NCBI RefSeq assembly: GCF_021028975.2
Contig: NC_059430.1
Span: 29,884,001-29,948,000 of the forward strand
DNA length: 64,000 nt
Direction: 5' to 3'
DNA from: Sphaerodactylus townsendi
Lineage: Eukaryota
The notes beneath the pieces were generated by a model. The model did not search any database. It was not told the DNA's origin and saw nothing but the letters and a program-made list of their open reading frames with translations. Position numbers and translations under genes: made by a program. Shown piece after piece: positions 12,001-23,800 of the stretch; the first letter of the stretch is position 1, and each line of letters begins with the position of its first letter.

Positions 12001-15000
12001 AGGTCTCTTTAGAGATATTCATGGTTCCTGGGGACTGAAGCCTCTTTTTAAAGGTGCACAACCTTATCAGTGCGACAGGTAGCAAGGGGAAAGTTGCTTT
12101 GGCCTCTGCTATCAGTCAGAGGATCAAGGGCCACTGCCTGATTTCACTGAGCCCCTGCAGGAACACCATCGAGGAAGAATCAGCCTGACTCCCACTGAGT
12201 AAAAACACCTTGCAGCTTCTGTGCTGTGAAGATTCTGGTGTTGCTGTCAGGTTCTGTCCAGCTGCTATCACCTAATCCCTCTGATGAGCCTGTTGCTGCC
12301 CTGTTGGGAGTTTGGGACCTGAGGGCATGGTGGCAGTAATACACTTCCCAGGTGCTTGGCTGCTATCAGGCTCACTTTGTTCCCAGTTTCTATTCTCAGC
12401 CTCTCTACCTCCCCCACACACCCCTGCATTCCAGGACTGGGAGTTCTCAGCAGTCAGTAATAATGAAGCTCTTCAGTGTAAATCTACTAACTAACATAAA
12501 CATCCAGAGATGTACGGCCTATAGGGACATGGGGTCACCCATGTCCTCGGGTGCAAGCCTTTTGGTCACAAAACAAAATGGCATGCACCTCAGCCGCATG
12601 CCAACAAGCCCTGCCCTCTGCCAGCCATCTCCTGCCGTCCCCAGGGCCTGGGCACAACAGGAGCCTGTCTGCAGGGAGTGGGGCTCGGTGGCGGGCAGTC
12701 ACCTGGGCCACCCGCTGCCCCAAAGCCTGCCCCCCCCAACCTTCATGGCTGGCTCTTGCTCTTCCCAGGGCTTAGGTATGGCAGGAGCTGGCCTGCGGAG
12801 GTGGGGGTGGGTGGGCGCCCAGAGAAGGTGTTGTCCCCGGGCGCCATTTGCCCCCAGTACGCCTCTGTAAACATCCTAACATTTCTCTTTCCCAGGGGGA
12901 AGGTTGTACTGGCTATACCTCATCCTAGCTTTCCCAAGTTCCTCAGATCTGGCTATGGAGCACTATGGCTATTTGCCTTGCATAGCACTTCAACAAAGAC
13001 TGCTGTTGTCTCGTTAATGTCTGGAGTATTGTTAATGTCTGTTGACAAGCAGCCTTGCAATCGTGTTGATTGCCGCTTCAAATGCAGAGTCAAGTCCATG
13101 CACGGGAGTTTTCTGCACGTTTTCTTCTGTCTCTTTTCCAACTTTTCCACAAATGCTCTGCAGTGGCTCTGCTCTAACTGTTCTGGTAAACTGTGGGTAG
13201 TTAAGTGGCCGTAGATCAATTGGCCATGCCAGCAGGGGCTAATGGGAATTGTAGTCCATGAACATCTAAAGCGCCAGAGTTGGACACCCCTGCCATAGCT
13301 CATTATCTCGCTATAACAGTTACTAGTTTAAAAAAACACTTATCAAGAAGCCTTCTGGTGCCACAGCAGAAAGAAAATGCAAGGAAAATGGTGCCTGCAG
13401 GGGCTGACAGTGGAAAATGGCATTGATGTGGGTGGGACGAATGTGACCGTTCCTTCCAGAAGGTGTGTGCTCTTCCAAAACTGCTCAGAGTAAAACAGTT
13501 TTGGGAAAGTATATTGAGAACAGGAGAAAACTGGAAAGTGGGCAATTGCAGCTCATGGAAACTCTGATCACCACCACCACCCCGAAACAGAAAGTTTGGA
13601 AGCCAAGGGGGCAAAAAACTTTTAGGAGGAAGAAACACTTGTTAGCAACTCCTCTCTTTGCCAAACAGAGCTCCTTCCTCCACCTTTAGTGGCTACTCCC
13701 CTTCCTTGTGTTGCTGTTCTTTTTTTTTTCTTTTATTCCTGAGTCTTATTTTTATTTACATGTATCCCCTGCTATCATCACCATATGCTGCATTTCAATA
13801 GATAGGAGTCACTTTGTGGGACAATTTTATCTCACTTTTGGGGGGGGAAATACCAAAGAATAAAGAAAATTTGCCATTTGGTTTTGCTTTTTACATAACG
13901 TATCATCCTGATAGTTTATTTATTTTGTATAACAGTATATCCTCAACCCAACGTGACTGAAACGTCAGCCCAGCCTTTCTACCAGAGCCCTCGTGTTGCA
14001 CCCCTTCCCCAAGTCCACGCTATAATTGGTTGGGCTGACCAGTCACTAAAGGAAGACAGTTCAGCTATTGAATCAGTTTTGCCCATGAGGAGGAGCCACA
14101 GTGCACCAGCCGTACAGGTAAGGACATCTTGCCTGTAATAATTTGGCTGTGGTTATCCATGCTGTGATCACATCTGGGTTAGATTGCTGCTATGCACTCT
14201 GCATGGGCTGTCCTTGAGGACTCTTCAGAAACTTCCGATGGCATAAAATGCAGCAGCAAGGTTGCTAACTGGTGCAAATTTATGAGAACTGGAATTGAAG
14301 TCTATAAAATTATGCATGAGGTAGAAAATGTTGACAGAGAGAAATTTTTCTCTCTTTCTCACAATACTAGAACCAGGGAGCATTCATTGAAAATGCTGGG
14401 GGGAAGAATTAAGACTAATAAAAGGAAACACTTCTTCACGCAATGTGTGATTGGTGTTTGGAATATGCTGCCACAGGAGGTGGTGATGGCCACTAACCTG
14501 GATAGCTTTAAAAAGGGCTTGGACAGATTTATGGAGGAGAAGTCGATCTATGGCTACCAATCTGGATCCTCCTTGATCTCAGATTGCAAATGCCTTAGCA
14601 AACCAGGTGCTCAGGAGCAGCAGCAGGCCATTGCTTTCACATCCTGCACGTGAGCTCCCAAAGGCACCTGGTGGGCTACTGCGAGTAGCAGAGTGCTGGA
14701 CTAGATGGACTCTGGTCTGATCCAGCAGGCTAGTTCTTATGTTCTTATGAACATCTCTTGCTAGTATTATAAAAGCTATATGGGTTGCTAGTTCACTTCT
14801 GGGCACAATTTCAGACACTGTTTTTCTTTTAAACCCCTAAAAAGTCTGGGACTGAGTATTTGAAGGACTGCCTCCTTCCCCGGAGCCCCCGCTTTGTTTG
14901 TCCCTGCCCTCTGAAGCAGTGTGGGTAGCCACCAAAGACGGGACTTTTGGGTTTTCGTACCTTGACTATGAAATGTCTTTGCCAAAAGTTTTCTCTTTGT

Positions 15001-17867
15001 GCATGTCTACAAGGTTACAGTGCCAAGTATTTTTTTTAACCAGGCCTTTTATCGCTTGCCATTTATGTCTTTTAATTGTCCTGTGTCTGATGGTCTAAAG
15101 TGAATGGTGGAATCTGCTTTGGAAAACAAATGAACAGAGAATCCCCACCTCCCAATGCTTGACTAGTCTCCTTATTGAAAACGAGGGCCAATTTTTTTGG
15201 TGAACACAGTATTCCTTTGATGTAAAAGCCAGTAGGTGGTGAATGATCTTTGCAGAAAGCAGTCCCTTTGCCCCCTCAGAGATTAACAGTGAAAACAGCA
15301 TCTCCAGATAGTGCAAGAGAAGCAGTGAGGATAGAGTTCAGACGTCAGAAGCGGGAGCAGAGACAGCTCAAGGAGGAGCAGGAGCGGCAGGAGGAACGCA
15401 TCCGAAAAGATCTGCTGCGTGATAAGAAAAGGTAATGGAGCCCGTGGTGCTAGTCAAGGACCCATGAGCTCTAGGTTCAAATTCCGACTCAGACATGATT
15501 TTGGGTCATGCATGCTCATCTCCACCTATCTCACAGGGCTGTTCCCAGCTGTCTTAATCTGTGGGCTGGTCCATGTGGACAAAGACACTCTGGTGAGGTT
15601 GCCAGGTCCCCTCTGGCAAGGGATGTGGGGCAGGTAGGGTTGCTAGATCCAAGTCCTGGAGATTTGGGAGCAAAGCTTGGAAAGAACAGGGACCTCAGTG
15701 GGGTATAACACCAACAGAGGCCACCCTCCATTTTCTTCAGGGGAAGTGATCTGGAGATAAGCTGTAATTCAGGTGATCCCCGGGTCTCACCTGGATGCTG
15801 GCATCCCTACACTTTGGCCACTCAGGGTTTTAAGGGCCTAGCACTTTGAACTGGGTCTAGAAGCAAACTGGAAGCCAGTGCAGTCAATATAAAATTAAAA
15901 TACAAAAGCTTTTCCTACATGCTTACAATCTAATCATCCCAGATTGCTGTTTATAACTTCTACCCACAAATTCCAACAAAATTGCTCCATTAACTGCTTT
16001 CTTGGATCGTGTATGGCCAGATCCATGGAGAGTTTGGTGTACCTAAGAGTTAGAATTGCAGATTTCCAACATCACAGAAGCAAATCTTTATATTCCATTT
16101 CCAGGTTCCACACTGCAATCCACCCAAGGTTAAAGGCAGACAGAAGGCAGTGTGTTACTATTTTGTTCAGCTCACTGAAAATGCCCAGAGTAGTTCTTGA
16201 CTGTTTTCCATTGTCTATAACAGACTGAATGTGTCTAAAGGGCTTTTCTTTGTACTGCATTTCCTCTGGTGCTTTTTGGAAACAGGCACAGATCACTCCA
16301 GCAAAGCTTGCAAGGCTCACAAAAGCAGCAGGAGAACAGCGAAAGAGCCTGGCAGCACTTCAGGCAGCTGCAGGTCGCCACAGCAGAGAGAAGGAGGCAA
16401 GAGTCCTGCTTGCGGGAGGAGGAGGAGAACAAAGAGAGTCAAAGGCTGGAGTTCCTAAAGGCGCAGCGCAAGCACAGAGACCAGCAACTGGCAGAACACA
16501 ATCAAAGAGTTGCTGACCAGGAGAGCAAAAGGCTGGTGAGGCCTATTCTCATTGACTTTCCCTCTTCCAGTTTCTCAGAAAGGTCTTTTCATATGAAAAA
16601 CATGCTCAAAGCATAAGTGGGACAGTTTTTCCAGCCTAGCAAGAAAATCCACGTTCAAACTTGCTTTTTTGGCACAGTATGTTCTGAGTTTTTTGGCACA
16701 GTATGTTCTGAGTTTGTCTGTGGAGGGAGAAGTGGTTTCCAGAGTTTAAGGTTAAGAACTACAGTGCATTTGAGCTCTTCGATACCAAAAAGGCTTGTAG
16801 GTGAAATTTCAAAACGTGTAATCTGTAGAGCAGAACTTTTGAACAAAATTCTTCATCGATTGCCCAGATCCCTCAGGTATAAGTATTAAATTCGGCATCC
16901 TGTAAATATTATGTAAACTTTGCATAATTTACCTAATTTGCATAGTTTTTTTGTGCTGCTGCTGGTTGTGGGGATACCCAGCAAAGTATGCCAAGAATGT
17001 AGAATCTGACCTGTTAACCACTGGAATTTCCACTGGTGAGCTTCTTTCCCCAGCCACTGTGCATACACAATTCAAACTTTATGGACTAGCAACTTCCTTT
17101 TAAAAAAAAAACCACCCTGCAGTTATTGGGTAATGCTCAAAACTCCCAATATTGATTTGTGCTAATGCTGGCTTTATATTTTAGAAGAAGAAGAAGAGTT
17201 TGGATTTATATCCCCCCCCCTTCTCTTCTGCAGGAGACTCAAAGAGGCTTACAATCTCCTTGCCCTTCCCCCCTCACAACAAACACCCTGTGAGGTAGGT
17301 GGGGCTGAGAGAGCTCTGAGAAGCTGTGACTAGCCCAAGGTCACCCAGCTGGCGTGTGTGGGAGTGCACAGGCTAATCTGAATTCCCCAGATAAGCCTCC
17401 ACAGCTCAGGCGGCAGAGCTGGGAATCAAACCCAGTTCCTCCAGATTAGATACACGAGCTCTTAACCTCCTACGCCACTGCAAACATTGTGAAGGATCAC
17501 AAAATATTCATCCAGTCGCCCTTGCAATTAAAGACCGTTTGGTGTTTCAGATCCCCATTTACTGCATTTCTGCTGTGTATCATCAGAACCAAGAGCTACA
17601 CACATGCAATATTTTAAATGTCTTTAGCATCCTTTTTCATAGGAGCTGCTCAAGAACAGAATGCAATCCGTGAAAAAGAATTTGGAAGCCGCAGGGCAGG
17701 AAGAGGGCGCCAAGGAGAAGGAGACGGTGACTGCCAAATTGCGAGACCTCCAAAAGCGAGAGTTGATGTCCCAGCGGGTAGAAAAGAAGAGACAGGAAAC
17801 TCAGGATCTCCAACGGTATGTCAGGGAGCAGAGCCTCCTGATGCTGCGGGCCTCTCTGCTATCATAA
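6038..17867 (+). CDS. Uncharacterised VWA + DUF4537 (C11orf16/VWA3B-like) + coiled-coil protein, 855 aa; coding exons 6038-6244, 6875-7240, 7773-7858, 8080-8257, 9666-9897, 10227-10771, 11013-11133, 13936-14117, 15256-15431, 16286-16535, 17643-17867
   Basis: All 10 introns are GT-AG with compatible phases (0,0,2,0,1,0,1,0,2,0), giving a 2568-nt open frame ending in TAA. The N-terminus is VWA-like (KVIFVICAS...VLKWQNTL...AAAWIRAL...AVYLFTGGLP...IAKESGGSF). The middle has C11orf16/DUF4537 motifs (VLARKKTDGYFYLG, PGDRVLAPW...YGPGTV, VSFWNGKTKKVP, AVNTD). The C-terminus is an E/R/Q/K-rich helix. Confidence 0.88.
12505..12867. mobile_element. GC-rich hAT-type MITE
   Basis: TIR CAGAGATGTAC / GTACGCCTCTG; perfect 8-bp TSD TAAACATC. 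Confidence 0.75.
14290..14748 (+). mobile_element. CR1 LINE 3' fragment
   Basis: IEVYKIMH...TRTR.HSLK...RKHFFTQ.VI.VWN.LP.EVV.A...FKKGLDRFM is the CR1 ORF2 C-terminus; (TTCTTATG)n tail. Confidence 0.9.
17184..17481 (-). mobile_element. Squam3-like SINE
   Basis: Reverse-complement copy of 34712-35013 with a (GAA)n start. Confidence 0.85.
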
Positions 17868-18770
17868 AGTCTTCCATTTCAGCAAATGAACCTTTGGAAG
17901 ATGGATCTGGAAATATTCATATGTAACATTCAGCCTCCTGCTGGGGATGGGGAAACAGTCCACTGAGGCTGTGGGTGATCATAGAATCATAAAGTTGGAA
18001 GAGACCTCAAGAGCCATCGAGTCCAACCCCCTGCAAAGCAGGAACACACAATCAAAGCACTCCTGACAGATGGTCATCAAGGACAAAATCTGGTAACCTG
18101 GTAGGAGGGGGGCAGGAGCACAAAATATTTTCCATGACACTGAAGTAGCTCTCATTAAAGAAAAAGATTGTTGACCCCTGCTCTAACCCAATAGTTCCTC
18201 CTGCAACTTACACCATCTCTCCAAGGTTTCTGGCAGACATGGTGCTCCCCAACAGCCTTTCCCTGGAACTTCAGTACATGACCAGAGGAAGCTGCCTCGT
18301 ACTGACTATTGGTCCACCAGGTTTGGTATTGTCTCCTTAGACTGGCAGCACATCTCTGGGATCTCAGATGGTGGTGTTGCACATCACCTCCTACCTACTC
18401 CTTCAATCTGGAGTTTCTGATGCTCGAACCTAGGACTTCTGGATGCAAAGCAGGTGCTTTTCCATTGAGCTGTGCCCCCCACAGGCTTACCATGAGCCAG
18501 CTCACTGATCCATCCAGCCCCATTGTCTACTCTGACTAGCAATGCTTCTCAGGGCAAAGATTTCCCCATTCTGCTACAGAGAGCCTTTCAACGAGATTCC
18601 AGGGATTGATCCTGTGCCTTCCCTGAGCAAAGCATGTGCTCTTCTGTTCATATACCTTCATTTTGCAGTGAACATAGCGTAAGAAGAGCCCTAATGGATC
18701 AGACTAGTGGTTCATCTAGTTCGGCATCCTGTCTTACACAATGGCCAGCTAGTTCTTCTGGCGATCTAAC

Positions 18771-19035
18771 AAGAAGAGGAGGAGTTTGGATTTATACCCC
18801 GCTTTCTCTCCTGAAAGGAGTGGCTTACAAGCTCCTTTCCCTTCCTCTCCCCACAACAGACCCCTTGTGAGGTAGGTGGGGCTGAGAGAGTTCTGAAGAA
18901 CTGTGACTAGCCCAAAGTCACCCAGCAGGAATGTAGTTGTGCAGAAGCATATCTGGTTCACCAGATAAGCCTCCGCTACTTAGGTGGAGGAGTGGGGAAT
19001 CCACCTGCTCTTGACCACTACACCACGCAGGCTCT
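18771..19035 (-). mobile_element. Squam3-like SINE (diverged)
   Basis: Same family. Further copies at 28430-28655 (+) and 32113-32290 (-, partial). Confidence 0.75.
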
Positions 19036-19779
19036 CAACAGGGTATAAAAGCTGCAGCCTTCCCCTGATTCCATCTCCTGGTGCCAGTAATCAGAGATTT
19101 ACTGCCTCTGATTGTGGAGATTCCCTTTAGCCATCAGGGCTAGTAGCCACAGATAAGATGTGTCCTCTAACCTCAACTAGGCATCTGGTCAGTTCCGCCT
19201 CTGTTAAGTCTATGTAGCCAAAGGGGTAGGTGGATGCTCTCAGGGCAATAATGCGTACCCTGCAGTAAGTAGACTCCTGCTGAATTAGGACTAGACTCAT
19301 GATAGCAAGAAAAAGAAGTTACTCCCATTATTCTAGACAACTCTCCATTGGTCGATGTCTGTTCCTTTCTGAGCTTTGTTGCAACAACAAATAAAAGCTT
19401 AGAATGCATTTGATTCACTGCTGTGTTCTGTTGTTACAATGTCACAATTCTTTGTGTTATGTCAGCCTTGCAAGGATGATAATTTGGTAGTGCAAGCCAG
19501 TCTACCTCTGCAAGGGTTCAGGATGCAGATGCTACACTTAGGAAGGAAACCCTAAGCAGGTTTACTCATGAGTACATCCCATCAAGCCTATAATAGACGG
19601 CTGCAGTTAGAAGTACACCCATCAACAGCTTATCATAAAAAACAACAACACATACTTCTGTTCTTTGCCCTATTGTTGGGTAGAAGCAGGTGCTTGATAG
19701 TTGAGGCCAAAAAATGGACACGCTGTTTGGTTGACTTTTTTATAATGCACTTTGCCAGTTGATCCAAGGATTACATCCA

Positions 19780-20670
19780 AACAAGAAATATCTTTTTGAC
19801 AATGGGAAGCCTTATGGACAAAGGGTATAAAATGTACAGCCAGTACAAAAACTGGTACAAGGTGGTACCACTGGGTACATCATTCCAAATGATATCAAGA
19901 AGGTGGATAAGAACTACAAAGGGAATTGTTGGAAACGTGAAGAACGGGATGGTTCTTTTTACCATATGTGGTGAATGTGCAAAACAGTTAAAAAAAATTG
20001 GAAAGAAATTCACGTAGAAATTCAGAAAATTTAAAAAATTCAAATTTGTTATGGAGCCACAATTACATTACTAGGCGTATGGCCAAAAATATTCCAAATG
20101 TCTCCAAAGAACTGTTTTGATATTTGATAATGGCAGCAGAATAGTGTTTGCAACCAAATGGAAAGCAGAAGAATGCCCGTTCCAAGAGAACTGAGAAAAT
20201 AAACTAGTGGAATGTGCATCAATGACAAAATGAACAAACTTTGGAAATATGTAATGAATCAAAAAATTCAAGAGAAAGGCAGTGTGTATTATTTATATTA
20301 TTCAAAAAAAATGCTGAATTATGGATGTCATTGAAATGATGTACATAAATTATCAATAACCTGTGTGACATATACATCATATTGAGAGGGGATTTAAAGG
20401 CAGGTAGACAGATAATTAATCACACTATAAAAATGCCAATTTTTTATTTTGTGAAAAAAATCTAGACATTTATCATCGTAACCATTCATCAATGTTTATT
20501 ATATATTTTAAATTAGTAATTGTTTATAGATGTTTGTATAATATGTATCATTTTGCTTTCTCTCTTAGTCTTTAGAAGCAACTGTAACTATTGATTCGAT
20601 TCTGGGTTTTTTTCGTTCTGCTAATTCATTTCTATAAAAATAAAAAAAAATCTATAAAAATTTAAAAAAG
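19780..20670 (+). mobile_element. L1-clade LINE 3' remnant
   Basis: GNCWKREERDGSFYHMW*MC zinc-knuckle remnant, AT-rich 3'UTR and A-rich tail at ~20635-20670. Confidence 0.65.
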
Positions 20671-20851
20671 GATTACATTCGGGCATTTAGATCCGGTGGG
20701 AAGGTTTTAGCACCAGAACTCTGCCTATCTGGATATGAATAAGCTGAGTAATGGGGCTCAGCAAAGCCGTCCATCTTTAGACCATTTCCAGCTTCTGTAC
20801 CAACCATATATGAAGTTCGTCACTAAAAAGCCCAAGAGGTCAGCTTGGTCG

Positions 20852-23800
20852 CTACTGCAGGAGGGAACTCGGAGATTCCACAAGAAGAGGTTTTGCAGCT
20901 TTCAGGATATCCAGGTCAGGGTCCAGGGAGCGGCCAAGGCCTTCCAGCACCATAATGGCAAAGATGACAGAGGCAAAGTTACTCTCCAGCTTCACCTGGA
21001 AGCACAAAGACAAGTGAAGTAAGGAGGCTTGCTATTGGTTTGGCAATGGGCACATTGTCAACATTCCTACATTTGGGCAGGACAAGGTGCGCACCATATG
21101 AAATGTTTCAGGGTTGCAAACATTAGATGAGAAGGCTAAAACTGATTCAGGTAGAACATGTCTCAAGACTACAGCCTGTGGACAGTTGGCCACACCGGTC
21201 TGAGTCTAGCCATAAGGCAGCTTCATGGGTTGTTCTTTGTTTTTACTGACGCTGCTGTTGCATCTGGTCAGAACCTGGATCCAGACTCTGAGCCCATAAT
21301 TTGGTGTGTGGCCAATAACAAGGCCAGTATCATTCTGACTAGCACCAACTTTCCTGGGTCTCAGGATGCTTTATCATCACCAGCTACCTGGTCCTTTTAA
21401 CCGGAAATGCCAGGGACTGACCCAGGGGCCTGCATGCTAACTAGAAAACTTGCCACTGAGCCACAGCACCTGCCCAAAACATCCCTTCAGTTTCCCTTCT
21501 CCTAGCTACCTGCTGTCATGTTTGAGCCTGTAGGGACAAAAGAAGAAGAAGAATTGGACTTGTATCCCCCCTTTCTCTCCTGTAAGGAGACTCAAAGGGG
21601 CTTACAAACTCCTTTCCCTTCCCCCCTCACAACAAACACCCTGTGAGGTAGGTGGGGCTAAGAGAGCTCTGAAGAACTGTGACTAGCCCAAGGTCACCCA
21701 GCTGGCGTGTGTTGGAGTGCACAGGCTAATCTGAATTCCCCAGATGCCTCCACAGCTCAAGCAGCAGAGCAGGAAATCAAACCCGGTTCCTCCAGATTAG
21801 AGTACACCTGCTCTTAACCACTATGCCACTGCTGCTCCAAGTATCCTTGTAATTAGAGTAGTCTTCAGAATGCTCTTCCTACTCAAACCCAGTAGACTCC
21901 TTCCTTGATATCTTTCCATCATCAATTAACGATTTAGGTCAAGGGTGTCCAACTCTGGCCCTCCAGACGTTCATGAACTACAATTCCCATCAGCCCCTTC
22001 CAACATGGCCACAAACATCTGGAAAGCCAGATTTCGGTTTTGTACATGTATTGTATTGTATTGGGTTTTATTGTTACTGGATTATTATAATATATTGGAT
22101 TTTATTGAAAATGGACTATAGAAAGGTGGATTATAAATTTCATCAATATTCTCTCACCTTGTGGGTCATTAATAACTTGAAGACGCTCGACAGCAGGCTT
22201 GCTACTTGGAACTGGAATGTACAGGGTTAAAAGTTTCATTAGTCAGGAGACCTCGACTGCAACAAACTAAGAAGAGTTAAAGAAAGTTCTAGCCATGGAG
22301 GAGTGGGTGGGGAACATATTAAGAACAAAAAGCATGTCTTGAGTATTTTGATCAACAGCCAAGAACATCGATTGAGTTATTGTTATCTCCCAGTTGGGCA
22401 TCTCCGCCCAATCCCTCTTTTTCCTCCAAAGGCCACAGATATAGCCCTCATTATTTTCATTATGTGTATTTTTAAAAACTACCTCGATTGTAACATTTTT
22501 ATCCCACCCTTCCTCCAAGGAGCTCCGGGCAGCATACTTCATTCTACCCTCCTCACTGTTTTCTCCTCACAACCGCCCTATGAGGTAGAGCAGCTTAAGA
22601 GAATATGACTGGCCCACGGTTACCCGGTGACTTCACTGGAGATTTCAGCTCTAATCATGACACCATATTTTCACTTGAAAATCCTTTTTTTATGCAAAAT
22701 AGGGAGAGATAAAAGTCACACCAGATAAAAACTGGTGAAAAGACATGCATGGTGGGGGCAGGGAACGCTATTTGCAGCAAACTAAGGCATTGCCTTGCTG
22801 GTGTCTATATTCTGGGGTCTAGTCCATGCATTCAAGGTAAAGGAGACACCCTCCACAATTTAGCTAAGACAACTGACCTTTCCGAGGGCTATAGTGTTGT
22901 GCCTGGCGTTCATCACCAGCGCTGCCATTTCAGCTTTGAATCTCTCCACATCCTTGCACTGGTTAGCTCGGGCATGATGAAGGATTAACTCTGCCACTCT
23001 CTCCCCCTGTAGATCGTACCAAAAAGAAGATGTGGCAGGTTTGGGCACTATCTCTTTCTGTGCAAAACTCTGACAGGGTTTTCCCCTGCAAAGGATTCAG
23101 TTTTCCTGTCCCTCTATATACCAGATCAGCCACTCAGATCCATCCTCCACTACATAACCAACAGGCCACAAGATGGAATGAGGCTGAATACAAAAGCAAA
23201 GTGTAGACCAGGGGTGTCCAACTCTGGCACTTCACATGTTCATGGACTACAATTCCCATCAGCCCCTGCTGGCATGGTAAATTGGGGCTGATGGGAATTG
23301 TAGTCCATGAACATCTAAAGCGCCAGAGTTGGACACCTCTGGTGTAGACATTACTCCTGATCTCTTTACCATAGATCACAGATTGGAAGCCAGGTTCAAG
23401 CTGTCCTCCACATCTCTCTCCAGCATGAACCTTCCGTTTCTTTGCCTTTACAATGATTTAATATTATGCTTACCCAGTATTAACTATGGTTAATGCTAAC
23501 CATAATTCTCTCGTAACCAAGGTCTGCAAACATGCTTCAAACTCTATGTTAGAATAAAAACATTGCTTAGCATTAACCATGGTCAGTGCTGGACGACAGT
23601 AATGCTCAGCTGTTTAAGGCAACCAACCAAAAGGGATCAGGGGAATTCCTGCTGGACTAAGAAAGAAGGAAAGCTGATATTGCAAGCCCATGATTAAGAA
23701 ATTGGGAGCTTTACTTTTGCACTGGCCCACACCAGCTTCTCACGTCATTATAGACACCAAGGATGCGGTACTGACATATTCTCATCACTTTACCACTTTG

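Noticed and set aside
12352-13214. 172- and 178-aa ORFs in an intron of the VWA/DUF4537 gene
   Set aside because: They span a GC-rich hAT MITE and are not needed for the spliced frame.
13465-13689. Lys-rich ORF as an extra exon
   Set aside because: No convincing phase-compatible splice sites; exons 11013-11133 and 13936-14117 already join in frame.
6038-17867. Assigning the symbol C11orf16 or VWA3B
   Set aside because: Domain architecture and neighbourhood fit neither gene as I know them; orthology is unproven without a phylogeny.
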